A stretch of 64,000 nucleotides of DNA from an uncultured Armatimonadetes bacterium (GTDB lineage: Bacteria > Armatimonadota > Hebobacteria > Hebobacterales > Hebobacteraceae), in assembly GCA_963716175.1 (NCBI GenBank), contig OY970296.1:352001-416000 (forward strand). The letters are read 5' to 3'. Position numbers and translations under genes: made by a program. Each line of letters begins with the position of its first letter. The first letter of the stretch is position 1. Below, piece by piece: positions 28,334 to 38,883 of the stretch. The notes beneath the pieces are model-generated. The model ran no database searches. It worked only from the letters and a program-made list of their open reading frames with translations, and was not told the origin of the DNA.

Positions 28334-29467
28334 ATGGACAAGCCCGATCACCGCATCATTGACTGTCACGTGCACCTCTCCAGTATTGCAGAGATCAACC
28401 GGTTCCTGGCGATCATGGACGCGGTCGGGGTCTCGGCAGTCAATGCCCTCGCCCTGGTCAACCCGATGCCCCCCTGGTGGGCAAAGCCGGATACGCCCGA
28501 TTGGCACCGCCGCGACCAGACGAAGGACTCCAGCATCAACCTGGCTTCGGTGTTGTTCAAGGCGCTACACCCCGATAGGGTATACGTGTTCGGCGGCCTC
28601 GACCATAGCAAGCCGGAAGTGCTGGCCGGTCACCACGACTATGCCCAGCAGGCGCGCACCCTGGTTGATATGTGCGTGGACGGGTTCAAGATGTGGGAGG
28701 GCGGCGCCGCGCTGCGACTGCAGACCGGCCTTCCCCTGGACTCTCCGGTATACGATGAGTACTACTCCCTCCTCGAGTCCGAGTCGCTGCCCATCCTCTA
28801 CCACGTCAACGAGCCCTACAGACAGGAGATCGATCGCCTGCTGCCAAAGCACCCAAACCTCAAGATCATCTTCGCACACTTCTACGGCGCCTCGCGAGAC
28901 CTGGAGCGGCTCAGGCGTTTCTTCGACGCCTGGCCCAACGTCTACGTTGATCTGGCCCCAGGCATGATCTTCCGAGGCCTGGCGGAGCGCCGAGACGAGG
29001 CGAGGGAGTTCTTCATCCAGTACCAGGACAGGATCCTCTTTGGTACTGACGCCACCGCCGGCGGCCAGGAAGATGCGGAGTGGGGCCAGGGCCTGGTCGG
29101 GCTGATCCGCAGGTTCCTTGAGAGAAAGGACGATCTCGGGTTGGCTGAGATCGGCATGGGCGGGCTGGAGGACAGGAACGGCGATCTCAACGAATCGGAG
29201 CGCTTGGTCTACCGCGAGCTCAGTCCCGACCGGGGCTTGTACCTGGATGATGGCGTGCTGAAGAAGATCTACGCCGGCAACTTCATGCGGATTGCTGGAG
29301 CGAAGGCCAGCAAGGCCAACCCGGAGGTAGCCCTGAGCGAGTGCGAGAAACTGCTCGAGAGGCTGCGCAAGCGACCGGCCAATCCCGCCGCAGACATGGC
29401 CTGGCGTCAGGCAGAACACCTGCGAGAGGTGGAGCAGATCGCGGCCCATTTCCGGGCTATGGTCTAA
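28334..29467 (+). CDS. Amidohydrolase_2 family metallohydrolase
   Basis: IIDCHVH, GFK, LYHV, HPNLKIIFAHF, NVYVD and DRILFGTD. Confidence 0.88.
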   Translation: MDKPDHRIIDCHVHLSSIAEINRFLAIMDAVGVSAVNALALVNPMPPWWAKPDTPDWHRRDQTKDSSINLASVLFKALHPDRVYVFGGLDHSKPEVLAGHHDYAQQARTLVDMCVDGFKMWEGGAALRLQTGLPLDSPVYDEYYSLLESESLPILYHVNEPYRQEIDRLLPKHPNLKIIFAHFYGASRDLERLRRFFDAWPNVYVDLAPGMIFRGLAERRDEAREFFIQYQDRILFGTDATAGGQEDAEWGQGLVGLIRRFLERKDDLGLAEIGMGGLEDRNGDLNESERLVYRELSPDRGLYLDDGVLKKIYAGNFMRIAGAKASKANPEVALSECEKLLERLRKRPANPAADMAWRQAEHLREVEQIAAHFRAMV

Positions 29468-29545
29468 ACTCAGCCCCATATGGCTCTGGGGGGTTGGGCG
29501 GGAGCGGAAGCTCCCGCCGCCCCGGCCGAGCCAGGAGAGCTGCTC

Positions 29546-30763
29546 ATGCCGTTTCCGGTGAGAGACCTTCAGGTGGTGCGCGACCTGGCCCGCAGGGCGG
29601 TCGAGACAGCTTCCAGTGAGGTGTACGAGGCGCGCCGGCGGAGATGGCGGGACGTGAACGAGCGCCGCAAGCCCGACCGCGCGCCGGTGTGGTGTCGGCC
29701 TGCGGGGGTATGGGAAGAGCTGCTGCCGCCAGAGTCCCTGGAGTGCGCCGACCCCCTCTGCCGCCAGATGGAGTATGCCTTCCGCCAGCACGCCTACAAG
29801 GACTGGGTGGGCGACGACCACATCTTCGAGCCCTGGTGGGGAGTCAACGCCGTCTGGAGGCCGAACACCGAGCACGTGTGGGGACTCCCGACGGGCCGCC
29901 AGGTGGAGAGCACGGACAAAGGTGGGTTCCGCTACGAACACGCGGTGGAAACACCCGAGGACTACGAGCGCGTGCTAGTCCCCGCCTTCTCCTATCATCG
30001 CGAGGCAACGGAAAGGAACCTCGGTCTCGCGGCCGATCTGCTTGGCGATGCAATGCCCGTCCGCCTGGTCTGTCAGCCTCCGCTGGGCCCGTGGCAGGGC
30101 ACCTACCTGGAGCAACTGCGGGGCATGGAGCCGATGCTGAACGATCTCGCGTTCCAGCCCTGGGTCGTCCACCGGGTGATGGCGAAGTTGACCGAAGGAG
30201 TGCTGGCTGCCCTGCGGGTCGCAGAAGCCACCGGTCTGCTCATCACGAACCATCACCTCCCGATGCTGTGCAGTGACCCCTTGAACCCCGGTGGTGACGG
30301 CCGGGTGCGCCTGCACAATCTCTGGGCCGAGGCCAACAGCCAGGAGTTCCAGGTGGTGTCGCCAAGGATGACGGAGGAGTTCCTCCTCAACTACCAGATT
30401 CCGGTCCTGCAGCAGTACGGAGCGGTTCAGTACGGCTGCTGCGAGGACCTGACCCACAAAATCGAGGCCGTCCTGAGGATCCCGAACCTCAGGATCTTCG
30501 TCTCCTCTTACTGGACTGACCTGGATAAGGTCATCGAGGCCTGCGAGACCAGGTACACCATTATGTGGCGGCAACACGCGGCCAGCGTCGTGTTCGCCCA
30601 TGACACCGCGCCGATCAGAGCTCATCTCGACCAGGGCCTGCGCAAGCTGCAGGGCCACCACTACCAGGTGGTGCTCAGAGAACTGCAGACCCTGGCCGGC
30701 CACCCCACTCGTCTCCAGGAATGGGCCCGCATCGGCATCGAGCTGGCGGAGCAGTACGCATAG
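29546..30763 (+). CDS. UroD/MtaA-like methylcobalamin:acceptor methyltransferase family protein
   Basis: LRGME..L, SQEF..VSP.M..EF, YGCCEDL and IPNLR; AGGAG SD. Confidence 0.7.
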   Translation: MPFPVRDLQVVRDLARRAVETASSEVYEARRRRWRDVNERRKPDRAPVWCRPAGVWEELLPPESLECADPLCRQMEYAFRQHAYKDWVGDDHIFEPWWGVNAVWRPNTEHVWGLPTGRQVESTDKGGFRYEHAVETPEDYERVLVPAFSYHREATERNLGLAADLLGDAMPVRLVCQPPLGPWQGTYLEQLRGMEPMLNDLAFQPWVVHRVMAKLTEGVLAALRVAEATGLLITNHHLPMLCSDPLNPGGDGRVRLHNLWAEANSQEFQVVSPRMTEEFLLNYQIPVLQQYGAVQYGCCEDLTHKIEAVLRIPNLRIFVSSYWTDLDKVIEACETRYTIMWRQHAASVVFAHDTAPIRAHLDQGLRKLQGHHYQVVLRELQTLAGHPTRLQEWARIGIELAEQYA

Positions 30764-30842
30764 CGGTGCCGAAAGGCCCCGATTTCAGAGGCGCACCAAA
30801 GGCACAGGAGGCGCCCGCGGCCGGGTGGGGAAGCCCGGAGCC

Positions 30843-31481
30843 ATGCGAAGCGCTTGTGAGCAGAATCGTCGTTATTTCCGGCGGGCCTACGAGACTGGGT
30901 GCCACGGTTGGCAGGCCAGTGAGCCGTCGGCCTATGTCGCCACGAACCTGGCGGCCGCCCTAACCAGCACGGCAGAGCGGCGACTGCTTGACCTCGGCTG
31001 CGGCGAGGGACGCCACTGCCTGCTCGCCGCCCGGATGGGGTTCCTACCTGTCGGCCTGGACTACGAGTCTATGGCGATCCGCCGCGCCCAGGCCAATGCC
31101 CATCGCGCGGGTCTTGGCGACCGCATTCAGTGGGTGGTGGGGGACGTCTTCGCTCTCCCCTTTGGGCCTGGCTCGTTCGGTGTGGTGCTAGACTACGGAT
31201 GCCTCCATCATCAAAGGAAATCCGACTGGCCGCGCTACCTGGCCGCGATCATGGCTGTGCTCAAGCCGGGTGGCTACTTCCTGCTGAGCGTATTCAGCAC
31301 TGCATTTCGGGCCTACGGCCCCCAGGAGCGATCTTGGCACTTGGCCCACGGCGCCTACCGGCGGTTCTTCACGGCTGAGGAGATTCGCTGGCTCTTTGGC
31401 CGAGGGTTCGAAGTCCTCCAACTCGAGGAGCAACGAGACGGCGTGCGGGGATTCTGGCACGCGGTGATGAGGCGAGAATAA
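30843..31481 (+). CDS. Class I SAM-dependent methyltransferase
   Basis: LLDLGCGEGRH, GLD, VGDV, DYGCLHH and LKPGG. Confidence 0.88.
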   Translation: MRSACEQNRRYFRRAYETGCHGWQASEPSAYVATNLAAALTSTAERRLLDLGCGEGRHCLLAARMGFLPVGLDYESMAIRRAQANAHRAGLGDRIQWVVGDVFALPFGPGSFGVVLDYGCLHHQRKSDWPRYLAAIMAVLKPGGYFLLSVFSTAFRAYGPQERSWHLAHGAYRRFFTAEEIRWLFGRGFEVLQLEEQRDGVRGFWHAVMRRE

Positions 31482-31507
31482 GGCGCCAGCAGCGGAGCCA
31501 GGGCGGC

Positions 31508-31536
31508 TTGACAGAGGGCCTTCCCCGGGCTATCCT
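31508..31536 (+). promoter_or_regulatory. Sigma70 promoter, repeated unit copy 2
   Basis: TTGACA-17 nt-TATCCT. Confidence 0.72.
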
Positions 31537-31541
31537 CGGCC

Positions 31542-31665
31542 CATCTGGTCGAGGCAGGTCAGGGCGGGAGTGACAGGGCGACTGCCGGCGTGACCGGGTT
31601 GGTGTTTGTCGCACCTGCTCTCTCAGTAATCGGGAGGCGCGTCTGCTCGGCGCGCCTTCTTGTTA
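31542..31665 (+). ncRNA. Candidate structured small RNA or attenuator leader, copy 2, including its terminator
   Basis: Collinear with 18882-19002; ends in gggaggcgcgtc-tgctc-ggcgcgccttct followed by tgtt. Confidence 0.5.
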
Positions 31666-31865
31666 TGGCCCGGCGCCGGGAAGGGCCGGCAGGCCTTCGC
31701 TGGCTGCCATAGACGTGGTCGAGGGCGATTGGACCATCTTCCGCAGCCCGCTGGCCCCGATCAGGATTGTCGCTCGTTACATAGGAAGATGAGGCCGACC
31801 CCAGGGCGCTGCGGCGGGATCCCGTACGTTTGCACACGCTTTCTGGTATACTGCGGCCACGCACT

Positions 31866-33020
31866 ATGAAGTTCTCCCGCTTGACCTACAGTCTGGCCAC
31901 GGTATTCCTGTGCTACGGCGCGGTAGTCTTCTCTTTCGGCCCTTGCCTCACCTCGATGGCCGACACGTTTGGCGTTCCTGTAGGTCGGCTCGGCCTGATC
32001 TTCACGCTCTACGCCGTGGGCCTGATACCGTCGGTCCTGCTGAACGGCTACCTGTCCGAGGTGATGGGCCGGCGGCTGATCATGCTCGCGGCTATCGGCA
32101 TGATGGCCCTGGCCTGCGCGCTGCTTGGGCTCATCACCACCGCTGGCGGGCCGCGTAGCTTCTCGCTTGTGCTGGCCGCGATGGTTCTGCTCGGATATGG
32201 GGGCGGTGGCATCGAGACCCTGACCAACATCCTGGTCAACGATGACAATCAGCCGGCCCCGGCCTTCGCCCTCAACGTCACCCACGCTTTCTTCGCCATC
32301 GGCGCCGTGCTCTCGCCGCTCGCGGTCAGCCTCCTGCTGCGGTCGCATCTCGCCTGGCAGCTCGTCTTCTACGGCAACGCGGCCCTGCTGGCCGCTCTGG
32401 TGGTTGTGCTGATCCCGCAGCGGATGCCCTCCGCGACCAGTGAGCCGTTCCCGCCTCGGGCCGCGCTCGAACTGCTGCGGTCCTCGCTGGTGTGGATGCT
32501 CCTGGCCATGATCGCGCTGTATGTGGGTGCGGAGACTGGCCTGGCGGCCTGGGTGAGTCCGCTGATGGAGACCGTGCTGGGCGCAAAGAGAGACGTCGCC
32601 GGCCTCTCCGTGTCCGCCTTCTGGGCGCTCATGATCGTAGGCCGGCTGGTGGTGAGCCCTCTCTCGGTGAGACTCCGGCCTCCGCCCTTGCTCTTCGTGC
32701 TCGGCCTGGGCAGCGCCCTCAGCTCGCTCGCAGTCGCCTATGCCAGCGACTCGGCCGGTTGCCTGATCGCCGCCGGGGCCGCGGGTCTCTTCATGTCCGG
32801 TATCTTCGCCCTGGTTCTGGTGGACGCGTCTCGACACTTCCCACGGCGGCTGGGGGCAGTGTTCGGCATCATGATGGTCGGCGTGGGCCTCGGGTCGCTG
32901 ATCATCCCGGCCGCGATGGGATGGATCTCCGCGGTCGCCGGCCTGCGGGTGGCAATGGCCGTTCCCGCCGCCCTGCTGGGCGCGGTGGCGCTCGCCTATC
33001 TCGCGCGGTGGTCACAGTAG
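31866..33020 (+). CDS. MFS sugar transporter (FucP/TsgA-like)
   Basis: About 12 TM segments; GYLSEVMGRR, LNVTHAFFAIGA, LYVGAE and FWALMIVGR. An extended -10 (TGgTATACT) lies just upstream. Confidence 0.88.
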   Translation: MKFSRLTYSLATVFLCYGAVVFSFGPCLTSMADTFGVPVGRLGLIFTLYAVGLIPSVLLNGYLSEVMGRRLIMLAAIGMMALACALLGLITTAGGPRSFSLVLAAMVLLGYGGGGIETLTNILVNDDNQPAPAFALNVTHAFFAIGAVLSPLAVSLLLRSHLAWQLVFYGNAALLAALVVVLIPQRMPSATSEPFPPRAALELLRSSLVWMLLAMIALYVGAETGLAAWVSPLMETVLGAKRDVAGLSVSAFWALMIVGRLVVSPLSVRLRPPPLLFVLGLGSALSSLAVAYASDSAGCLIAAGAAGLFMSGIFALVLVDASRHFPRRLGAVFGIMMVGVGLGSLIIPAAMGWISAVAGLRVAMAVPAALLGAVALAYLARWSQ

Positions 33021-33194
33021 ATCTTCCGGCAAGGGACTGCCCTCGCTGGGGACAAGTTCTGCCGGGTGACGGGACTCTCCGAAGGTCCCCTGTTCCTGCC
33101 TGGCGAAAGGGGAGCGGTCCGGGAAGGAAGCGCGCCGTTCCGGCGCGCCTTCGTGCCCGGCCACACCGATCTCGACTATGGAGGGAATGAGAAC

Positions 33195-34508
33195 ATGCCC
33201 AAGACTGTGATCATCGGTGCTGGCAGCGGCTTCGGGAGCAGGCTGTCCGTGGACATTCTGGCGCACCCAGGGCTGCGCGAAGGCACCATCGCGCTGGTGG
33301 ACATAGACAAGAAGAGAAACGACTTCGTCGCCGCCTACGTGAAGCGGGCGGCCCGCGAGTTCGGCGCCAAGGTGGAGGTAGTGGCGACCACGGACCGCCG
33401 CGAGGCGCTCCCGGGGGCTGATTTCGTGGTCACGAGCTTTCACATCGGTGGGCCCGCCTATACGGGCAAGCCCTACTACTACGACGTGGAAATCCCGAAC
33501 AAGTACGGAGTCTACCAGACGGTCGCTGACACGATCGGTGCAGGGGGGGTCGTTCGCTTCCTGCGCACCATGCCCACCTTGGCGGAGATGCTGCGGGACA
33601 TGGAGGAACTGTGCCCGCAGGCCTGCGTCCTCAACTACGTTAACCCCATGGGCATGCTCACCTGGGCGGCCAACGAGACCGCAGACCTGCGCTTCATCGG
33701 GCTCTGCCATTCGGTGCAGGGGACAGCGGAAGATATCGCTGAGCTGCTGGGAATGCCGCAGCATGAACTCTGGTACCGCGCGGCAGGCATCAACCACATG
33801 GCCTGGTTCCTGGAGCTGCGCCGGGGCGATGAGGACCTGTATCCCAAGTTTCGGGAGCTCTCGGAGAGCAACCAGGAGTGGCGAGAGCGCAACTACGTCC
33901 GCAGTGACATCATGCGGAGCTTCGGCTACTTCCCATGCGAGAGCTCGCGCCACCACGCCGAGTACTACCCGTACTTCCGCAAGCATGAGAAGGCTCTCGC
34001 GCACTATCACCAGGACGGCCCTCGCATGATAGATCCGAACGCCGGGTACGAGCGCCGCGACGCGCGCTGGCAGAGCGAAGAGATGCAGGCGATCCTGTCG
34101 GGCGAGAGAGAGATCGACCTGAGCGCCAGCAACGAGTTCGCCGCCACCATCATCAACTCGATGGTGACCGGGCAGGTGAGCAGCATCTACGCCAATGTGA
34201 AGAACCGCGGACACATCCCAAACCTGCCGCCGGACTGCATCGTCGAGGTGCCCGCGCTGGTGGATCACAATGGATGGCAACCCTGCTACTTCGGCTCTCT
34301 TCCGGCGCAGTGCGCCGCCCTCAACACCGCCCACGTGTCGGTGCAGCGCGTCGCTGTCGAGGCATGGAAGCAGGCGAGCCGCGACAGAGCGATCCAGGCG
34401 ATCATGCTCGACCCGCTGACGGCCGCCGTCCTGACGCTGGATGGGGCCAGGGCGATGGCGAATGAGCTGCTGGACAGCCAGCCGGCGCTGCTCGGCTACC
34501 TGAAGTAG
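33195..34508 (+). CDS. GH4 NAD+-dependent alpha-galactosidase/alpha-glucosidase (MelA-like)
   Basis: IIGAGS, DVEIPNKYG..QTVADT.GAGG, NYVNP, GLCHS, AGINH, ESS.H.AEY.PYF and VEVP. Confidence 0.92.
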   Translation: MPKTVIIGAGSGFGSRLSVDILAHPGLREGTIALVDIDKKRNDFVAAYVKRAAREFGAKVEVVATTDRREALPGADFVVTSFHIGGPAYTGKPYYYDVEIPNKYGVYQTVADTIGAGGVVRFLRTMPTLAEMLRDMEELCPQACVLNYVNPMGMLTWAANETADLRFIGLCHSVQGTAEDIAELLGMPQHELWYRAAGINHMAWFLELRRGDEDLYPKFRELSESNQEWRERNYVRSDIMRSFGYFPCESSRHHAEYYPYFRKHEKALAHYHQDGPRMIDPNAGYERRDARWQSEEMQAILSGEREIDLSASNEFAATIINSMVTGQVSSIYANVKNRGHIPNLPPDCIVEVPALVDHNGWQPCYFGSLPAQCAALNTAHVSVQRVAVEAWKQASRDRAIQAIMLDPLTAAVLTLDGARAMANELLDSQPALLGYLK

Positions 34509-34564
34509 GTCTTTACTCACGGGCCGGCGCAGGAAGGGATACCTGCCTTCCCATCCCAACGGCC

Positions 34565-34600
34565 GGCGGGTACCCGCCTTCGGCGGATGCCCGCCCTACA
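34565..34600. repeat. GTAG-type REP element, single copy
   Basis: ggcgggta-cccgccttcggcgga-tgcccgcc-CTAC; matches the second arm of the doublet at 45617-45661. Confidence 0.65.
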
Positions 34601-34609
34601 GGACAGCGG

Positions 34610-36581
34610 ATGCGGCCCGCCCGGAGGCAGGCGAACCTGAAGAGCGCGGAGGCGCCGACTGGCGTGACGCTCCGGGCGCTAGTCGTTGGCCTGGTGCTGA
34701 CACCGCTCAACGTCGTCTTCATCGTGCACGCCACCATGCTTCAGGGCGGCTTCCGCTTCACCGGGCGGCACAGCCTGTTCGTGAACACGGTGGCGGTGCT
34801 CTTCGCGTTGTCCCTGCTGAACCGCTGGCTGCGGCGGCGGCGCTCCCGGTTGACCTTCGGCTCCGGCGAGATGCTGACCATCTACCTGATGCTGGGGGTA
34901 AGCACGGGGCTGATCTCCAGTGCCTTCGATCTCGGCGGGTCGCTGGCCGGGACCATCACCTACCCATTCTGGTTTGCAACGAAGGAAAACGCCTGGCGCG
35001 AGCTGCTCTGGCCCAATCTTCCGACCTGGCTGACAGTCCAGGATCGGAGCGCGCTCGAAGAGCTTCTACGTGGGCGGCGTCAACCCATACACCTGGTCTG
35101 CTTTCCAGGTGTGGCTGACCCCCGCCCTCTGGTATGCCGCCTACGTGGGGGCCACGATGTGGGTCTGTCTCTGCCTGAACTCCATCGTGCGGCGCCGCTG
35201 GGAGGATGAGGAGCGGCTGCCCTTCCCGCTCACCGTGCTGCCGCTGCAAGTCGCCGACGAGAACCCGTCGCTCTTCGGCAGCAGGCTGTGGTGGATCGGG
35301 ATCGGGCTTGCGGTCGCGCTTGGGGCGTGGAACACGGCCGCCGGCCTGGCGCCGAGCTTGCCCGTGATTCCGATGGGCATTGACTACAGCTCGTACGTGG
35401 AGAATCACCCTCCCTGGGATTTCCTTCGCTTCACGCAATTCGAATGGCAGCCATTCGCCATCGGCCTCTGCTACCTGATGCCACTCGACCTGGCGCTCTC
35501 CCTGTTCGTGTTCGACCTGTTCTGGATGGCGGAGTACGTGCTGGCCGGTCACTTCGGCTGGTCCACGGGTTCCTGGTCTGGGTTTCCCTATGGGGACGAG
35601 CAGAGTGCGGGGGGCTACTTCGCGCTGCTGGTGGCTGCGCTCTGGCTGGACCGGCATTATCTGGCGCAGGTGGTCCGGAGAGTGCTCGGGCTGAAGTCAG
35701 AGATGCGCGAGGAGGCGCAGGAGGCGCTCTCCTACCGCGGCGCCGCGATCGGCATGGCTCTTGGGCTGGCCTTCCTGTTCTGGTTCCTGGGCCGAGGCGG
35801 GATGCAGCCCTGGGTGGCGCTCGCCTTCCTCGCCATCTACTTCCCCATGATGCTGGTGATCTCTCGCCTGCGAGCGCAACTGGGGCCGCCCACGCACCAG
35901 CTTTACCTCACCACGCCAAACTGGGTGCTGCCCGCGCTGGCGGGGACGCAGACGCTCGGGGCCAAGACCATGGGCATGTTCGCCATGCTCAGCCCATTCC
36001 TGATGGAGCAGCGCAATAACCCGGTCGGCCTGCAGTTGGAGGCCTTCCGCATGGCCGAGGGGGGCCGCATGCAGCGCCGCCGGATTGCGTTCGCCATGGC
36101 CCTGGTGCCGCCCATCGCCATCTTCGTCTACTTCTGGGCGAGCATGGAGGTCTGCTACAAAGTCGGGCTGGCCAGCACCATCGGCTACTACCCGTACCTC
36201 CATGTGCCCTACGGGAACATCACCACCCTGGCGGACGCGGTGCGCTACCCGGCGGGGATGAACAGCTCGGCTTCCCTCGCCATGGGCGTGGGGCTGATGA
36301 TGACCCTGGCGCTGATGGCGCTGAAGCTGCGCTTCCAGTGGTGGCCGCTTCACCCGGTTGCCTTCCCGGTCGGCCTTGCCTCCACCATCCAGGCGCTCAC
36401 TCTGGTCATCTTCGTGACCTGGCTGGTCAAGGCGCTGCTGCTGCGCTACGGGGGGCTGCGCGCTCACCGTACTGCCCTGCCTTTCTTCCTGGGCTTGCTG
36501 GCGGGCGGAGCCACAGAGGCGATGCTCCGGCGATGCCTGTCGCTGCTGCTCGGGGTCAACCTGTCGTTCCTGGCGACGTGA
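34610..36581 (+). CDS. DUF6785/DUF6784 membrane protein, copy 2, frameshifted near 35060
   Basis: ORFs 34610-35209 and 35070-36581 are the N- and C-parts of a close paralogue of 5285-7258. There is one extra base in gaa-g-agc-ttc-tac, where the paralogue reads EGFY. Confidence 0.82.
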
Positions 36582-36595
36582 AATGGCAGGCAGGT

Positions 36596-37659
36596 TCACT
36601 CGGCCCGCTGCAGCACCTGCGCCAGGATCTCTGCGCAGTAAGTGCAGCCTCGGCAGTCGTGCCCGCATGAGGAGACGCGGTCAAACCAGTCGCGTGGGAA
36701 CCTGGTGTTGTCAATCACGTGGCCTCGCAGCAGCTGACCGTGGCCCGGCTCCAGCAGATCGAGGAGGTTGCCCCGGAAGCTCCTGCGAGCATAGGCCGCA
36801 ATCACCTGTCCGGGACGCTGGTGCATCCTGGTGGCGAGCTTGGCGACGGCGAAGTCGGCTTCGTAGTGGTGCAGATCCTCCGGCCTGATCCAGGTCGCCT
36901 GCACCAGGGAGACCCAGTTCTCGGGCTGGTCCAGGAAGCGCTGGCAGACCAGTACGCCCGGGGGGACGTCGCTCGCGCCGTCCAGCCCCTGGGCGAAGCC
37001 GGGGTGGCGGCCCGGCGGGCCTAGCCACTCCCCCTCGTGCGCTACCAGGTTGTCGTGGAAGGTCTGGCCTGAGCAGGAGTAGAGGCAACCCGAGTTCGCC
37101 AGCAGGCACAGGGTCTTCCCGTTCCTCCGGCACCACTGCGCCACGTCAGCGATCCGCTCACGGTCGCGGTTGTACTCACGCTGGAGGTGAAAGCTGTCGA
37201 AGACGTCCGCAAGGTAGCGCATACCCTCCACAGTGCCGATTCGCATGTTGACCGAGGCGCGGGTCTCGAGTTCGGGGAAAGCCCGCTTGATCACCGCCGC
37301 GATGAACGGCGAGGCCGTGGTTACGGTGTCCAGCCCCGCCGCGCCCAGCAGATGATCAACCAGTGAGGTGATATGATCCGCCAGCCGCGTGGAGGCCGCG
37401 CCAGGGCCGTAGCAATTCGCATTGCACAGCAGATCGAGCCGGAGGCCCATTCGCGGAGGGCCCTCAGATCGGACTCGAGGCATTGCTGTGCCGTCGGGTC
37501 AACGCGCCCGCCAGTGCCGCCGCTCACCGAGCGTCCCGAGGGCTCACCGGTCCAGGCGAAGTAGACCTCCCCGATCTGGTCGCGGAATTCCGCGACGCTT
37601 TCCAGGAAGCCCGAGTCGCGGACCTCCGCCAGGACGGGCAGACCCACGGCTAGCTTCAT
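36596..37659 (-). CDS. Peptidase U32-family Fe-S protein, frameshifted near 37450
   Basis: N-part MKLAVG..EVYF..SGR; C-part LLCNANC, ASVN, REYNRD, LANSGCLYSC, WIRPED, KLATR and CxxxCxxCxYC. One base is missing at gaa/atg. Confidence 0.75.
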
Positions 37660-37669
37660 GGCCGCCAGC

Positions 37670-38659
37670 TCAACCCGTGAGTTCCCACGGCGGGCGCTTC
37701 CGGAACGGGCTCTTGAAAGTGTTGGCCAGCTTGCCGGATTCCTCGAGGTGGATCATGCAGGCCCGCATGCAGCCGCGACCGCCACAGATCGCCGCCGGAT
37801 GGTGAAAGCTCTCCAGGGCGTTCCGGATGTAGGGAAGGTCACGCTGCAGCCGATCGCCCAACCCCTCCCACGATCTTCGGCCCCTGTCGTCCGCGGCTGA
37901 CTCGTCCATCACCTCGCGCATGAGCTGCGCCATCTCCTCGTTGAGGAATGGGTTGAACTCCGGCGAGGCCGCTTGCCATCCTACAAAGCACTTGCTGGTA
38001 TCGAGGTCGTTCCACTCCAGCTCGCGGCCGGCCACTCTGACCTTGACTGTCTTGTCGGCCGAGATGGCGCCAACCGGACAGTCCTGGGCGCACCGCAGGC
38101 AGCGGTCGCAGAGCGGTGGGCCAGAGTAGAGTGAATCGGGTTCCAGCGGCGCATCGGTGAGCACGAAAGCGAAGCGCTGACGGGGTCCGAACTGCGGCGT
38201 GAGGAAAACCTTGCTGTAGCCGATCTCTCCCAGGCCGCAGATGAAAGCGGATATCCGGAAGTGAAGGAAGACGTCGGGCGCGGGAAGACCAGGGGCTACG
38301 GGCCTCCCGGCATTAGTGCCTAGCCGCACGCTGGTGTTGCTGTAGAGCATAGCTTCGTATCCCTGGTCCTCAATGAAGGACCCCAGCTCGCGCAGCACGA
38401 GAGGCGCATGGACGTCGTTCACGTTGGCGTAACCCAGTGACGGATAGGCCGCGAAAAAGGTGCCCTCTTCGATGCCGCGGAACAGCCCCCGATGGATCCG
38501 AAAGCCGAGGCCGATGATGCATCGCGCCTCTGGGAAGATGTGGCGGGGATCGAACTCCCGCGGGGCACCCTCGAACCGGTCCATGCCGCCGATCCCAACC
38601 AGGTCGGCTCCGGCTCGTCGGGCTGCTTTCTTGACCGCGAGCGTGAGGCCGTCGGCCAT
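37670..38659 (-). CDS. QueG/reductive dehalogenase-superfamily cobalamin and 4Fe-4S protein, second paralogue
   Basis: GADLVGIG..DRF, DPRHIFPEA, CGLGEIGYS..LTPQFGPRQR, CDRCLRCAQDCP and CGGRGCMRAC; GGAGGAGG SD. Confidence 0.82.
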   Translation of the reverse strand: MADGLTLAVKKAARRAGADLVGIGGMDRFEGAPREFDPRHIFPEARCIIGLGFRIHRGLFRGIEEGTFFAAYPSLGYANVNDVHAPLVLRELGSFIEDQGYEAMLYSNTSVRLGTNAGRPVAPGLPAPDVFLHFRISAFICGLGEIGYSKVFLTPQFGPRQRFAFVLTDAPLEPDSLYSGPPLCDRCLRCAQDCPVGAISADKTVKVRVAGRELEWNDLDTSKCFVGWQAASPEFNPFLNEEMAQLMREVMDESAADDRGRRSWEGLGDRLQRDLPYIRNALESFHHPAAICGGRGCMRACMIHLEESGKLANTFKSPFRKRPPWELTG

Positions 38660-38883
38660 TTCCACACCTCCTCCGGGCCCTCGGCTGTGGGAGCCCGGTC
38701 CACCGGGCGACCTCCTCCATGGTTTCCCTGCGCAACAGTCCGCCTCCTGTATCGTACTGGGCCCCGAGGGGGGTGGCAGGCACTATCCGGCCCATGGGGA
38801 ATCAAGACGGCGGTATGTGTAGAGTGCCGATCGCCTGGGCCGTTGCAGTGTGGCCAGAGGCGCCAAAGGAGGGGTGGATTCCT

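Noticed and set aside
31551-31580. SRP RNA (caggtcagg resembles the SRP helix 8 sequence)
   Set aside because: It lacks the GNRA tetraloop and AGCAG motif, and the second copy differs at this site.
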